Assembly: GCA_015680685.1 (NCBI GenBank)
Contig: MNCI01003377.1
Coordinates: forward strand, 244,760 to 308,759
Length of the DNA: 64,000 nt
Reading direction: 5' to 3'
DNA from: Gnetum montanum
Taxonomy: Eukaryota; Plantae; Gnetophyta
Shown here: piece after piece, positions 51,419 through 63,008 of the stretch
Layout: each line of letters starts with the position of its first letter
Position numbering within the stretch: position 1 is the stretch's first letter
Translations under genes and position numbers: made by a program
The notes under the pieces: model-generated
The model's input: the letters and a program-made list of their open reading frames with translations, nothing else
What the model was told of the DNA's origin: nothing
The model's database searches: none

Positions 51419-53559
51419 CTTATTAAGGTTATAGATTTTAGTAAAATTTTGAAACAAAAACACTCTTAATTTTTGTCTTATTTTAATGTCTTTATTCTTT
51501 ATGACATCTCATAATTATTAATCTCTTTTTTAACATGTGTTTAAATGATTGATTAGGATGGATTGTTATGTTCATTAGCCTTTATTTGGTTATTTATTTA
51601 AAATTCAATTAATTTTTGTTCTTCTTACCCTTAATATTTTCTTTCAAGCATTAGAAAATTCTACTACAAATTATACAAAATACATGTAGTAATCTCCTCC
51701 ACAACTAAGTTGGTCATTTCATGATCAAGAGGGTTTAAGAATCATAGAAATCAAATTTATAGTGAGGAAGTTATGAAGCTTTGAAGTTCGGGTGTTAGAG
51801 GGTTAGAAAATAGCATGAACTCTCTTTGTGTGAAATGAAGGAATGAAAAAATTTTCTAACTCCTCACACATATATATAGTTTTTATAATAGCTACATTAT
51901 AGCTGCAATATTGTAAGGGCTAATAGATCATATCTATGATGTCATCATGAACAATTTCAATATTTTAAGTAATTGTTATTAAAAAATTAAGAATGATCCA
52001 AAAGGTTCTTGATCATAAGTGATGCTCAAAATATAAGAATTTATTATTGAAAGTATGTAAAAAAAGAAACTTGAGTAAGGTAAGTTAATTTAGTCTATAG
52101 GAGATGATTGGTAAAAATTGCCAAAAATATGATAAATGATGAGTAGATAGAAAGGCAAAAATGATCGCTTAATTTTTCTAGAGGTATAATATGATGTGGA
52201 ATTGGTCATCAAGTATGAAGTACAAGAGTTATACAAGTAGGCCCTTCCCAAAGCAGGCTCTACCCCTTAGTGCTCTTATATAACCACACCTACAAATGTC
52301 CATAGGCACTCAAGGAGTTGAATGTAAAACATACCTATGTTCCAAGACACACATGTTAGTATTTCCTCAATGAGAAAATGATACTATATTATTCAAAATC
52401 ATTAAATTATGATTATATATAGTAGTGATATGGAATGAGAGTAGTAGGGATTGCAAAGAATGGAACAGGAGGTGTCTTACCATAGGCATAATGAATTCTA
52501 TATGTGATATATGGTTAAAGTAATCAACCCTTCTATCTAAAATCCATACCACTTACTAGTGACATCACATTGCATCATCCCAAAACTAATAACCACAAGA
52601 CTATCACAACTACAAGGAATATTAATACTTGGTAAAGAATTTCAAGGAAGCAGTTTATTAATTAGCACATTTTTAGTTTTTGGAGGAGACTTGGCTATTG
52701 GATAGAGGAATGCCTTTAGGCATGGGTAACATGTCTTTCTAGTGGAACCCCGAGAAATTACTATTTTGTGCATTTGTTATGTTATTACTATGTCAAACTT
52801 ACCAAAGGACTATATTTAAGCATTAGTAACATGTCTTTTTATTGACATGGTAAGGCAGCACTTATTTTAGACATACTTCCATTTTTCGTTAGAACTCAAG
52901 TGAATAATACAACTAAATACAAGGATAATACTTATAGTAGTAGCCTTAGAGAATCCATAAGTCCCCATGATGTCACATCCTTTTCATTCCCACTTGGTTC
53001 TTCTCTTTTCTATCCAAGCATAATGATCACAAGTTTATTTTAGTTTTATTATAAATAGAATGTCATTATGTCCATGGTAAGAACCTCTTATTTTATTAGA
53101 AATGAGTATATGGATGATGTGGTATCACTACATATATAATCAATATTGTAATGATTTGACCATATAAAGTGAAATTCTCATTGTTTGGACTATATTTTGT
53201 TTTATTCCTTTCCACTTTATTAGAAAAATCAACAAAAATATGTACATGAAGTATAGTAAGATTCATGGAAAAATGGTAAGAATAGAAAAATATATAAATA
53301 AAATAAAAGATATTAAAGAATGAAAAATGATTAAGAAATGCCAAAGGTATAAAAAATGGAAAAGATATTAAAGAGTGTAAAAAGTTTGTAAGAAACAAGA
53401 AAAATATGATAAGAACTAAAAAGGAGGATTTGATGCCTAAGTACCAAACTTGACACCCTAATGATTATCATTAAGAGTGAAGATTTGGAAGATTGAATGG
53501 ACAGTAAATAGTTTTGTGGAAATGATAGAGTCATGGGAGGAGTAAGAAAAGATACAAAA

Positions 53560-54444
53560 CAATTTCACCTATCGAATATTAATGAGAATAACTCTTTATG
53601 AGTTTGTTGGGTGGTAAATTTACATGGTGATAGATTGGTATGTAGCATGGATGATATAAGGTCACTCCTATAGAGTTTGGAACTTAGCCTTTTTATGGAA
53701 CATGATTGGGATTATAGTAAAGGACTTTCTCACTAAGCTTGATGGATACTTGTCTTATTTTGATGTCATGTCTACATTTGGAGTGCTTTTTGTGGACTTC
53801 ATTACTCATTTGAGTTACTAGTTGGTTTTCGTCTAAGAGATTCAAATTCATTAGGTGTATTAAAACTAATTGCGTCACTAAAATGATACACTAGAAATAG
53901 AATGTCATCATTAGTTTTAATACTATTCTTCATCTCACATAATGACCACCACATGATCCTTCACATTCATATTTTAGGATGCTTTGTTGGTTTTCTTTTG
54001 GAACATACCATCTTATCAATCCATCAACACATATCTTGTATAGATATCCATTAATTTCCATATACCTCTTTACTCTATGGAAATTTTTTTCCATATGTTT
54101 ATTATCCCATTTAATAGGAAGTTCTTATTTAGTAAGATATGTCATGTAGTCACTAATCCATGACTTTTTTGTTCATTTTATAACCATTGTTAATTTTGTG
54201 AATAAACTTTCATTGGGGAATTGGTTCAATATTGGTTCATCAATTTCCTAAGGTTCCCATCTTAACTTTGATAGGTAATCTACTACAATGTTCTCAGTTA
54301 CTTTTCTATCAATCATCATGATGTCAAATTTTTGCAAGATAACAAGTCATCTTATCACTCTTGGATTTACCATTGGTTTATTCATAAACAATCTAATAGA
54401 ACTATGAATAGTGTGGACATAGATAGGGTACCTGAGCACATAGT
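53560..54444 (-). pseudogene. A2 RNase H / integrase remnant with the integrase core deleted
   Basis: The RH C-terminus and EGSCGGHY zinc-finger start are joined almost directly to the INT C-terminal part (ORF 53693-53878). Confidence 0.75.
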
Positions 54445-56034
54445 TAAATACCTCATAGAAAATTCATGTTATAAATAAGAGGACTAATAGCTAATATTTT
54501 CATTATAATTTGATGGGAATTTAAAAGGAGAAATAATTGCCTTATTTCTCATCAACAATCCTATCTTGTGGCCTTATTTTTAGTGAAGTTTGGATCATTT
54601 TTAATGTGAAAAGTAAGATTTACAGCCTACACACTATCAATTTCACTTATGCTAGTGTGCGAAGGTTAAAATAATTAATAACAATGGGTTTCTACTCAAC
54701 ATGCTAACACCACATTATCTCACATGTTTTTCCAGCATGTGCGGTAGTGTGTGGAGCTAAAATTACCCACACATTGGAATTTTGGCCATGAAAATAATTC
54801 AAATATGCTACAAATTTGATAGAAAAAAGTCTCACATGTTGGTGGCCCATGCACTGTAGTTTTTGATAATGAAAAGTATCATATACATTAGTGTTTCAAG
54901 CTCAAAAAGTAAATAACATTGGTAGTTCATACATTACAATTATGGGCCATGAAAATGATCTAAATATGCTCTATAAATATCAAAAATTTTCCAGAATTAA
55001 ATTAGTGAAGAATCATCAAATTCATGACGTATTTAAACTAAAATCTTCCTCATTTTAAGGAATTTTGGATCATTTTACATTAGGCTAAACTTGAGCCTTT
55101 CAAAATAGTACAAGGTCTAAGAGTCCATAGCCTTCTCCCCAGCATAGATCATTGTAAATAGAGAGAACCTATGATAGATCATATTCAAGAGTAGATCAAT
55201 TAAAGCTAACATGTGTAGATCTAGTTGTAGAACACACCCTATCATCTGCATCAAGCTTTAAGAATATTGTGCTCTTAGGCTTTTTAAAGTTCACAATCTA
55301 TACTCTTTGAACCTTCATTTTTCTCATATGTTTGTAACTTTTAATACAAATTTTATAGTCTTCTTTATTTCACCACATTTTTTTCTTTATCTCTTTGTTC
55401 ATAGATTTAGTGCTTAGACCACTATTTTACACATTTATTCCATTTAAATTTACATAAGCCCTCCAAGTCCTCAAATGATTGGTAAGACCATCTGAGATTC
55501 TCTAGATCCTTTTGAAGCCTATGGATCCTAGAGCTAAACTATTTCACACATAAATTTTTGATTTTTCTAACACCAATTTTTTCCATTGCTACAGTTTATG
55601 GTGCTAAAAGTAGGGCCTCTATTTAAATTCTTCACTAAAATCCATTTGCAAGAATGTTTGATTGCATGATTCTACTATGAAAAATTATTTTTGAATTTCT
55701 TAAAACCTAACAGGTGAGACCAATGCTAGTTTTGTCTAAAACAAAATTTTTTATCACTATTTTTTATAGTGTAGTATCCAATTCTACTTTAAATCCCTAC
55801 ACTTGATAATTAAAAACTTAATTTTTGTTGTTGTAGTATAGCACTACCTTTGTTCCTTGAGTTTGAAATTTTTGTAATTACAATGCAAATTATTTTTCTT
55901 ATTTCCTGTAGTTATAGTTTACAATTTTTCTCTGCTTTTTCATACATGCTAAAGTCCATTTTCACTTTTCCTAGCATTTTTGTACATGTTCGAAAATTTT
56001 GAAAAAAAAATTCCTTACAATTTTAATTCATACA

Positions 56035-56280
56035 TTAGACCTTCTACAGACTCTTCACAAACTATAAATTCCATAAGCTATAACCTTATGAGCTATAGAC
56101 TCACAAACTATAGCTTCACACATTGAAGCTCTTACACATTAGATCTCTACAAGCTGTAACTTTTACAAGTTGTACTCTCATACGTTGGACTTTTCACACA
56201 CTGAAAGTCTTACATGTTGGGAGTCTCATACATTAAGATTTTCACATGTTGGAAGTCACACACATTGAGAGCTTTAACTT
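56035..56280. repeat. Degenerate ~18-19 bp tandem repeat (CTTCACACATTGRAG-like) in the T2 5'UTR
   Basis: About 12 visible copies, at the position equivalent to the 45-bp repeat of T1. Confidence 0.7.
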
Positions 56281-56339
56281 GATTAAAAAATTGTAAAAGC
56301 TTTTTTACATTTTTACAACATGTTGGCCTTAGATAGTTT

Positions 56340-58800
56340 ATTCCTTTTCATCATTCACCCATCTTACAACATAATATAGTACATATGGCCTTTAACCAAG
56401 AAGCTATTTGCATTTATGATCCTAGGGATCTAGCTATTATAGAGTCTAGACAATTCTTTGGATGACTAGGAAAAGACTTAGCCTATGCAAATATCAATGA
56501 ATAATATTATAATTTAATTTGTATGTCCAAGATAGTTTACTTATCCCATGCATAAAATTTAAATCCAAATGTTAGTTTACGATTATTCATTGAAATGAAA
56601 AAGTGTATATTCCCTATCCCTATGACCAAATTGAACTAACAAAGTTTCACACACTTATGTTAGCATAATTAGTTAGGATAGATGAGTCAAGTGAGGAAAT
56701 TAGTTTGTACTAAAACCAAGAGGATCATGATGAGTTCACGGCTAAGTATGAACCTGATACATTCTTACAAGACCTTCTACGATGATCTATTGCAAAGGTA
56801 ATCATCCTAAACTCTACATCTTCTATCTCAACAATAAGTCAAGCACCCCCTATGATCACTGCAAGTGAAGTATCACAACCTATCTCCTTATTTATATTCA
56901 TATTCATCTCAACACTTATGTCATCACACACTAGTCTCAATATGTTTCCCACTCCACCTTACTATTTACATCAATGCCTTTTGTAACTCAACCCCATTTA
57001 GTACACTTGTTACTAGTCGTATCTACCACACCACCTACTTTCATCATCCCAACAGGCCCCTCTAGATGATCCTAGGGCTCATGCCTTTGTTCCCTTCATC
57101 CCTCATGTTCCAAGTCAAACATCCTTTTCACTATTTAATCCTCTTGTGATAGTGATCACACATCCCCTACAATCCATACCAATGCCAATCATAAGGCCTC
57201 AATCCATTTACTCTTCTCTCCAACCATTAGTACAAATACCACAACCTACAAGGATACTCCAAGGCTTGGTTCAAGCCTTTCAAATGATCCAAGACCTTAC
57301 CAAAGAGCTACAGAAGTTTAAATTTAGCACCACTTAGATTATTAAGATTATGGATTTTTATCAAGATAATCCCATCAGTCCTACCATCCCATAGATACGT
57401 CTCCCTACAAGTATCTCAATTCCACACTTTACTAAATACAATAGAGATGGCAATCCCAATGCTCATCTCATTACTTTCCCTTCTAAGTGCTTGTTGTTAC
57501 AAGCTTGGCCACATATGGTAATGTTCATCTTCCCCATGTCTATACATAGAAAAGCCTTAGACTAGTACTGTGCACTACCCAGAGGCTCCATCACCTCTCT
57601 AGATGCCCTAATTACACAATTCATTAACTATTTCAAGTATAACTTAAAACCCAATACAATATTAGATCCACTTATGAAAGTAAAACATGGGTCCATTAAG
57701 CCTATTCAAAAGTTCATACAACGATTAAATACTATCCTTATTGAAATCCTTGAATCCATCTTTAAAATGCATTTTTTGGCCATATTTACTATTTAGAGCC
57801 CCAATCACTCAATCAAGCATTTTCCCAAATCAAAAACATAGAAGATGTTGCGTAGGTCAATAATGACCTAGCTTACATAGCATATAAGAACTAGCATGTG
57901 AGAAGGAATAGAGATAAGGGGAAACAAAACCATGTAGCTATAGCCATAGTAGCCAAAGAAACAAAAACAATACAAGGATCAAAGACAACACAACCTAAGG
58001 CCCTTGCAAATACTTCTCAATCATCAAGATTCAACAATTCCACCTACAATCCACCTAAGCCAAACTTTACAAGAAAGTATTGGTCCAAGTACATGAAGCT
58101 ACTTATGAAACCATGAGAACTTCTTAATTGGTTTATTAGAAGTAACTATATTTAACATAAACAATTATTAGAGAATTCTCACAAGAAGCATGACTATCTT
58201 TGTGAAATTTCTAGGAATCCCTTCATTGCAACAAAAGATGATCCTCCCATACGTAAATACTTCAAACTAGACCGATTCTACTAGTACCATCAATTACCTA
58301 GCTATAATACTCATTTTTTCTTGACCCTAAAAGATGTTCTACAAAAGATGATAAATAGTTGAGAGTTAGTTCTAGATGTATCCAACCCAGTTAGGCACCA
58401 AAACTAGCATATGCAAGTGTACAAGGACCCATTGAATGCTAACAATGACCAATATATCATAGTCATATTTAATGTTAATGACAAACCTAAACCCACCAAG
58501 GAGTCATTTGTGGTTTGGGTAACACCTTTTGACTAAAGGAGTTCAACTTCTACAATTTCAAGGACTTCTTTTGTTATAATAATATCACCACCTATGCCTC
58601 CTAAATAACCTTTTGTCATTAGGATGCCTCCTCCTTTCACCTCTACACCTACAACCCAAGTGGACCAACACCCTCCTATAGTAGCCAATTCCATGACCTC
58701 TTTGCAACTAAATAGCAAGAAATCATCATGAAAGCAATGCAAGAAGTAATGCAAATGATTAGTAACCATAATGAACAATGAATATAATCATAAAGAGAAG
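56340..58800 (+). pseudogene. T2 gag remnant
   Basis: PHFTKYNRDGNPNAHL at ~57420-57470; LDVSNPVR..MQVYKDPLNANN at ~58370-58445, homologous to ORF 26275-26511. Confidence 0.82.
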
Positions 58801-58899
58801 AATCCATAAAAAAAAATTATAACATAAAAAATTAAAACATGTTTTCACAAATCTCAAGGGATTCAAAAGCAATATCTTCAATAGAAAATTTTTGAACGC

Positions 58900-61880
58900 C
58901 AGTCTCCAACTTATGAAGAATTCATTTTTCACTCATATTAGTCTAGTTGATTTCTCCCAGATCCACTTCCACCATGATCTTTCTCCTCTCTATATCCATC
59001 CACTCAAGTGAAACATGGGAAAAGTCAGTCATGGTAGTTTTCCCAAAAGTAGTAGTGATCTGAGGAATGGAAGAATCAACAACAACCACTAATTTCTCAA
59101 ACATCCTAAATATGTTCTCTACACCTATCCCATGTATAGATAGCCCATGCTTTTACTACTTTATGGCTTCTTCATGTTATAATTTAATATGACTCTCCTT
59201 TTTTTCCTTGTATTGTTGCTTGTTTGTCTTTTGTTTCTTCCTCCATTTCAATATCCAAGCACAGTAATCTCTCCAATCCTTGGTCTTAAGAACAAACAAC
59301 TCCATTTGCATATCCTTCTTCACATTACTCTTAGCTAGAGCAACTTTACATTAAATGGCATTCTAGTCATGTGACCACTCAATCTCCTTAGCATGCAAAG
59401 ATTCTTTATTTGCCATGTGGGCCTCTATAAACTCCTTGTAATCTCTAAGGCTCCTATTTTCATTTGAATGTTGCATGTTCTCCTTTCTCAAAGCCACAAC
59501 ACTCTCCCATAGAAACTCATTGGAATGTTGGAACTTCCAATATATCTTTGCACATGATATAGCACACTTAGTAGCTCCTTCATATAATCTTCATGGAACA
59601 TTTTTCACATTAGGATGCAACTCAGTAAGATCATCAAATTCCATGTCTCACGCAGAATCCCATCTAACCTTGGACACTATCATAGCCAGAAAAAAACACA
59701 TAAAATTAATAAATAATAACAAAAAATGAAAATATAACAAAAACAACCAAAAACATTTAAAAACTACTAAAACCATGTAGTCATAAAACATGAAAATATA
59801 TAAGAACATCAAACAAAAATACAAAGAAAAACTTTTCTAACTTTTCTTACCAACATGAGGGCATACTTGTTGTAATCTATCCATCAAATTTTACCAAGCC
59901 GATCATAACACATCCATTGAACGGTTGCCTTCTAGAGACAAATCATAAAAAATCTAATACATAACATCCAAGGCTTCCTTGGATGTCCTTTCTCTTCTTC
60001 CTTGCATCGTTGTTCCTCCTCTGTAGCAACTTGGACAACTAGCTCTTGTTTCTTCCCTACAACAAATCAAAATCAACAAAGATGAAACAAGTTAGTAAAC
60101 ATCTTTAAAAGTAAAATATAACTAAAAATATAACAAGAAAACAATAAAAAATTGAAAATATAAAAGTATATACTTACCTCCAACAAAATCATTGGCCTAG
60201 TTAAGCCTAATGACCAACTTCTTATGTGTTGACTAATTAACAATATGAGCACTTTGTTTAATTCATAGCCTCTTCATATTTTCCCTGGAAATTTCATCTG
60301 CTTCTACATGTACCCTTTTACTCTTCTTACATTACCATGTGTAGCCTAGTACTCCATCCCCATGCTGTCAAGGGAACAACCAGGTACACCACTAAAATTC
60401 TTAGTGGTAATAGACAATGACTATCTTACATCCTCTACAAGTGAGTCTTGGACATGCATCACCTGAATGGTGTGTTTAGTCCAAGGATTGGAAAGTTAGA
60501 AAGCATTCCATGACATCCAAGTTTTCTCTTACTAATCACCAAAAACTCTAAGAACCTTCTAAAGTATGCACCAAAGAATGTAAAATGCACATGATGTATA
60601 GAGTCAAGGTTATTATGGAGCTTTCAAACTTCATTCTGTAACCCAATAACCAAAAAGGTAGCCCATTCAAACCTAGTACCATTAGTTAAAACCTTTTTCA
60701 TTATCCAAAACCATTGAACCCTTATGATTTTCTTTTATGATAGTAACATAAAGATGGCTCTAGAGTGGAAAAAAGAATAAGTTTCATTTACTTCCTCAAC
60801 TTCACACTTGCTAAAAGACAACATAGCATTAGCAGGAGAGTTAAGCTAAGCCTCCATTTCCTCTTTGTGGATCCCATCCTTCCCTACTCTAACTGCAACC
60901 TTAATATCACTAGAAGGTATGCCAAAAAGATCACTAATGTAGACTCATTAATGTTCAAAACCACAAGAAGACCATGAACATGAGTGATGACTTTATTGAT
61001 CCCCTCATTAAAAGAGTTAATCACATTCAAGATCTCAGTAGGTAACATCGATGGACTAGGTAACATGAATAGGTCAAACAAACCTACATTAGTGAGCCTC
61101 TCTTGAACATCTGCAGGGGCCCTATTTGCCAACCATTCCTATAAGAGGTCTATGTCACTCTACTTAAGTTGAATCTTCTCCTTAGAATGCCTTGAAATGA
61201 TCATGGTGACTATAGACTCATGCACAAAATATATAGTACAACATAGTTAACTATTTAGCCTCATAAAATCATAAAAACCAAAAAATACTAAAAACATTCA
61301 CAATGCTTTAACATCTTCCTCTAACCAAGCTTAGCTCAATTTGGAACCTTATGTTGAACTAGCATATGTACTCCTAGATCTCAATGAGCCCATCATACAT
61401 GTTCATAATTGGTAGCTACACATGTTTGCTTTACCCAAGAGTACTTTGTATGGTACCTACCAAACTCATCATCAAGCTGGTCAAGAACTTGTGCTCTAAT
61501 GGCCTCACCTTGTCTAAACTCCTTCAAAGTTATACATTTTCTAATTAAGATTTGGTCATTTCTTACTAATCCTCCATGTTGTATCATATACTTGCAAAAC
61601 CAAAGTAGAGAATAGGTAGAGAGAATAACACTAAAACCAAAGATAGATAAAACATACCATTTTAAAACCAATATTATGCTTCTAATAGGTAGATAGTTCC
61701 CGGAGGGTTTTAGAATATACTGTTTATGCAATGGCCCAACATCAAGTTGTTGTTGGAATTGTATTGTGAATACTTTGGCATATCTCAGATCTATGATCAT
61801 CTTCGCACTCTCATAGAACATGAAGTATTATTCCACTCCATTTCTCTTTGGGTGTCAAGATCATCAACCATGACCTTCAA
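58900..61880 (-). pseudogene. Intron-containing antisense accessory gene remnant (PMD/Transposase_32-like domain + coiled coil), probably part of T2
   Basis: ERLTNVGLFDLF..INESTL..FGIPSS..VLTNGTRFEWATFLVIGLQNEV. Clear intron at 60057-60177 (GAG|GTAAGT, TACTAAC, TTGTAG). Open 142-aa frame at 61393-61821. Confidence 0.55.
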
Positions 61881-62057
61881 GATATAGCTAGAGGACCCTA
61901 CCATGAGAGTCTTCGTGATTATGGCTACAACATCTATAGCCAAGTGTAATCACATAATCACACTATAATTATGGAGTAGGTACACTAAGAATTCTCTAGC
62001 ACTAGGTCTAACTCATATTTGGGTTCAATTATCAAGGTTCATATTGGGATTCAAGCT

Positions 62058-62870
62058 TGATGAGACGCGATATGCATAAGCCGTGATATCATGTACGCGA
62101 TATCACGGTCTGCCGTCAAATCTATAAATAAGAGGTGGCACTCCCCTCATTTTCCATCCTAGCTAGAAGTAGCGAAGCTCTGGCAGTTTGATCACTCCAA
62201 AGTTAGATTAATTTCCCATGTGCCCGCAGTAGCAGTCCTAGAGTGAACAGCTCTTTATTTGAGCAACTTTGTACCTGAACGCAAGTTGTGTATGGCAATA
62301 AAGAGGAACTTGATTGGATAAACCTTGCAGTGCATGGATAGGATTTTATTTATTATTATTTATTGCTTTTCTAGAATGTGGTACGAGTACGACTTTATTA
62401 CGAGCATCTAAGGATGTGTACGGCTAGTCAAGGAATCGACTACTTATCACACTTAGGCTAGTTAGGCGCCTCAGTATGACCACTTCGAGCACATGCGTTA
62501 CATGTGGTGATCCCAGTAACGATTAGCGTTTGGTAGCCATAGTTGCATAGTTCAGGTTGTGTACGGTAAGTGGGAACGGATGCTGATGCTAGTTAGTTTA
62601 GACTTAGGTCCTTAGTTAGAGTTAGTTAGCTTTCTCAACCCTTCACCTCATAGCATAGGAGAAAAACCATAAAAGACCAGAAAAATCATATACCTTGGAC
62701 TTACTTAACCATACACCGTGAAAACAACAAGTAAGTCTGGGAAGACAACGAATGATTAACCCCAAGTGTTCCATGGGGCGTTTAGGCATTTAGTCTGCAG
62801 AGTTCGATCGGATCATGCGTGCTACACTCGTTTCGTATGGTTGAGTGTAGGACTACCTCGCCACTCATCA
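62058..62870 (+). repeat. 5' LTR of A4
   Basis: Perfect TGATGAG...CTCATCA termini, CTATAAATA TATA at ~62122, homologous to 3450-4272. Confidence 0.95.
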
Positions 62871-62871
62871 T

Positions 62872-62889
62872 TGGCGCCGTTGCCGAGGA
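62872..62889 (+). promoter_or_regulatory. PBS complementary to tRNA-Asp 3' end (Athila type)
   Basis: TGGCGCCGTTGCCGAGGA, one mismatch to TGGCGCCGTTGCCGGGGA. Confidence 0.92.
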
Positions 62890-63008
62890 CTAAGTGTTTG
62901 TGCGCCGAATAGAACATAAGGGATATCACTCACATCGTTGTGAGCCTTAACAAACCTTCGGGTTAATCAAAGAAAAATTATATATGGTAAATTAGCACAC
63001 CGATAAAA

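Larger units (their letters stand above)
9855..54444 (-). mobile_element. A2: very old Athila-like Gypsy element (3' LTR, accessory ORF, 3' NCR, partial INT/RH), split by T1, C2 and T2
   Basis: Own segments are 9855-13265, 31125-31667 and 51424-54444. LTR and PPT are related to A1/A3. INT C-terminus 53693-53878 is homologous to 42533-42907. RH remnant at 54000-54440 (FMNKPMVNPRVIR..LQKFD). Confidence 0.75.
54445..62057 (+). mobile_element. T2: Tat-clade element related to T1 (5' LTR ~54445-55593, PBS, gag, then antisense accessory gene; no pol seen)
   Basis: LTR start AAAATTCATGTT and the U5 region resemble the T1 LTR. PBS TGGTGCTAAAAGTAGGG at 55599-55615. Gag is collinear with T1 gag. Confidence 0.75.

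Noticed and set aside
3450-62870. LTRs 3450-4272 and 62058-62870 as the two ends of one giant element
   Set aside because: The first is preceded by a PPT (3' LTR) and the second is followed by a PBS (5' LTR), so they belong to two separate insertions.
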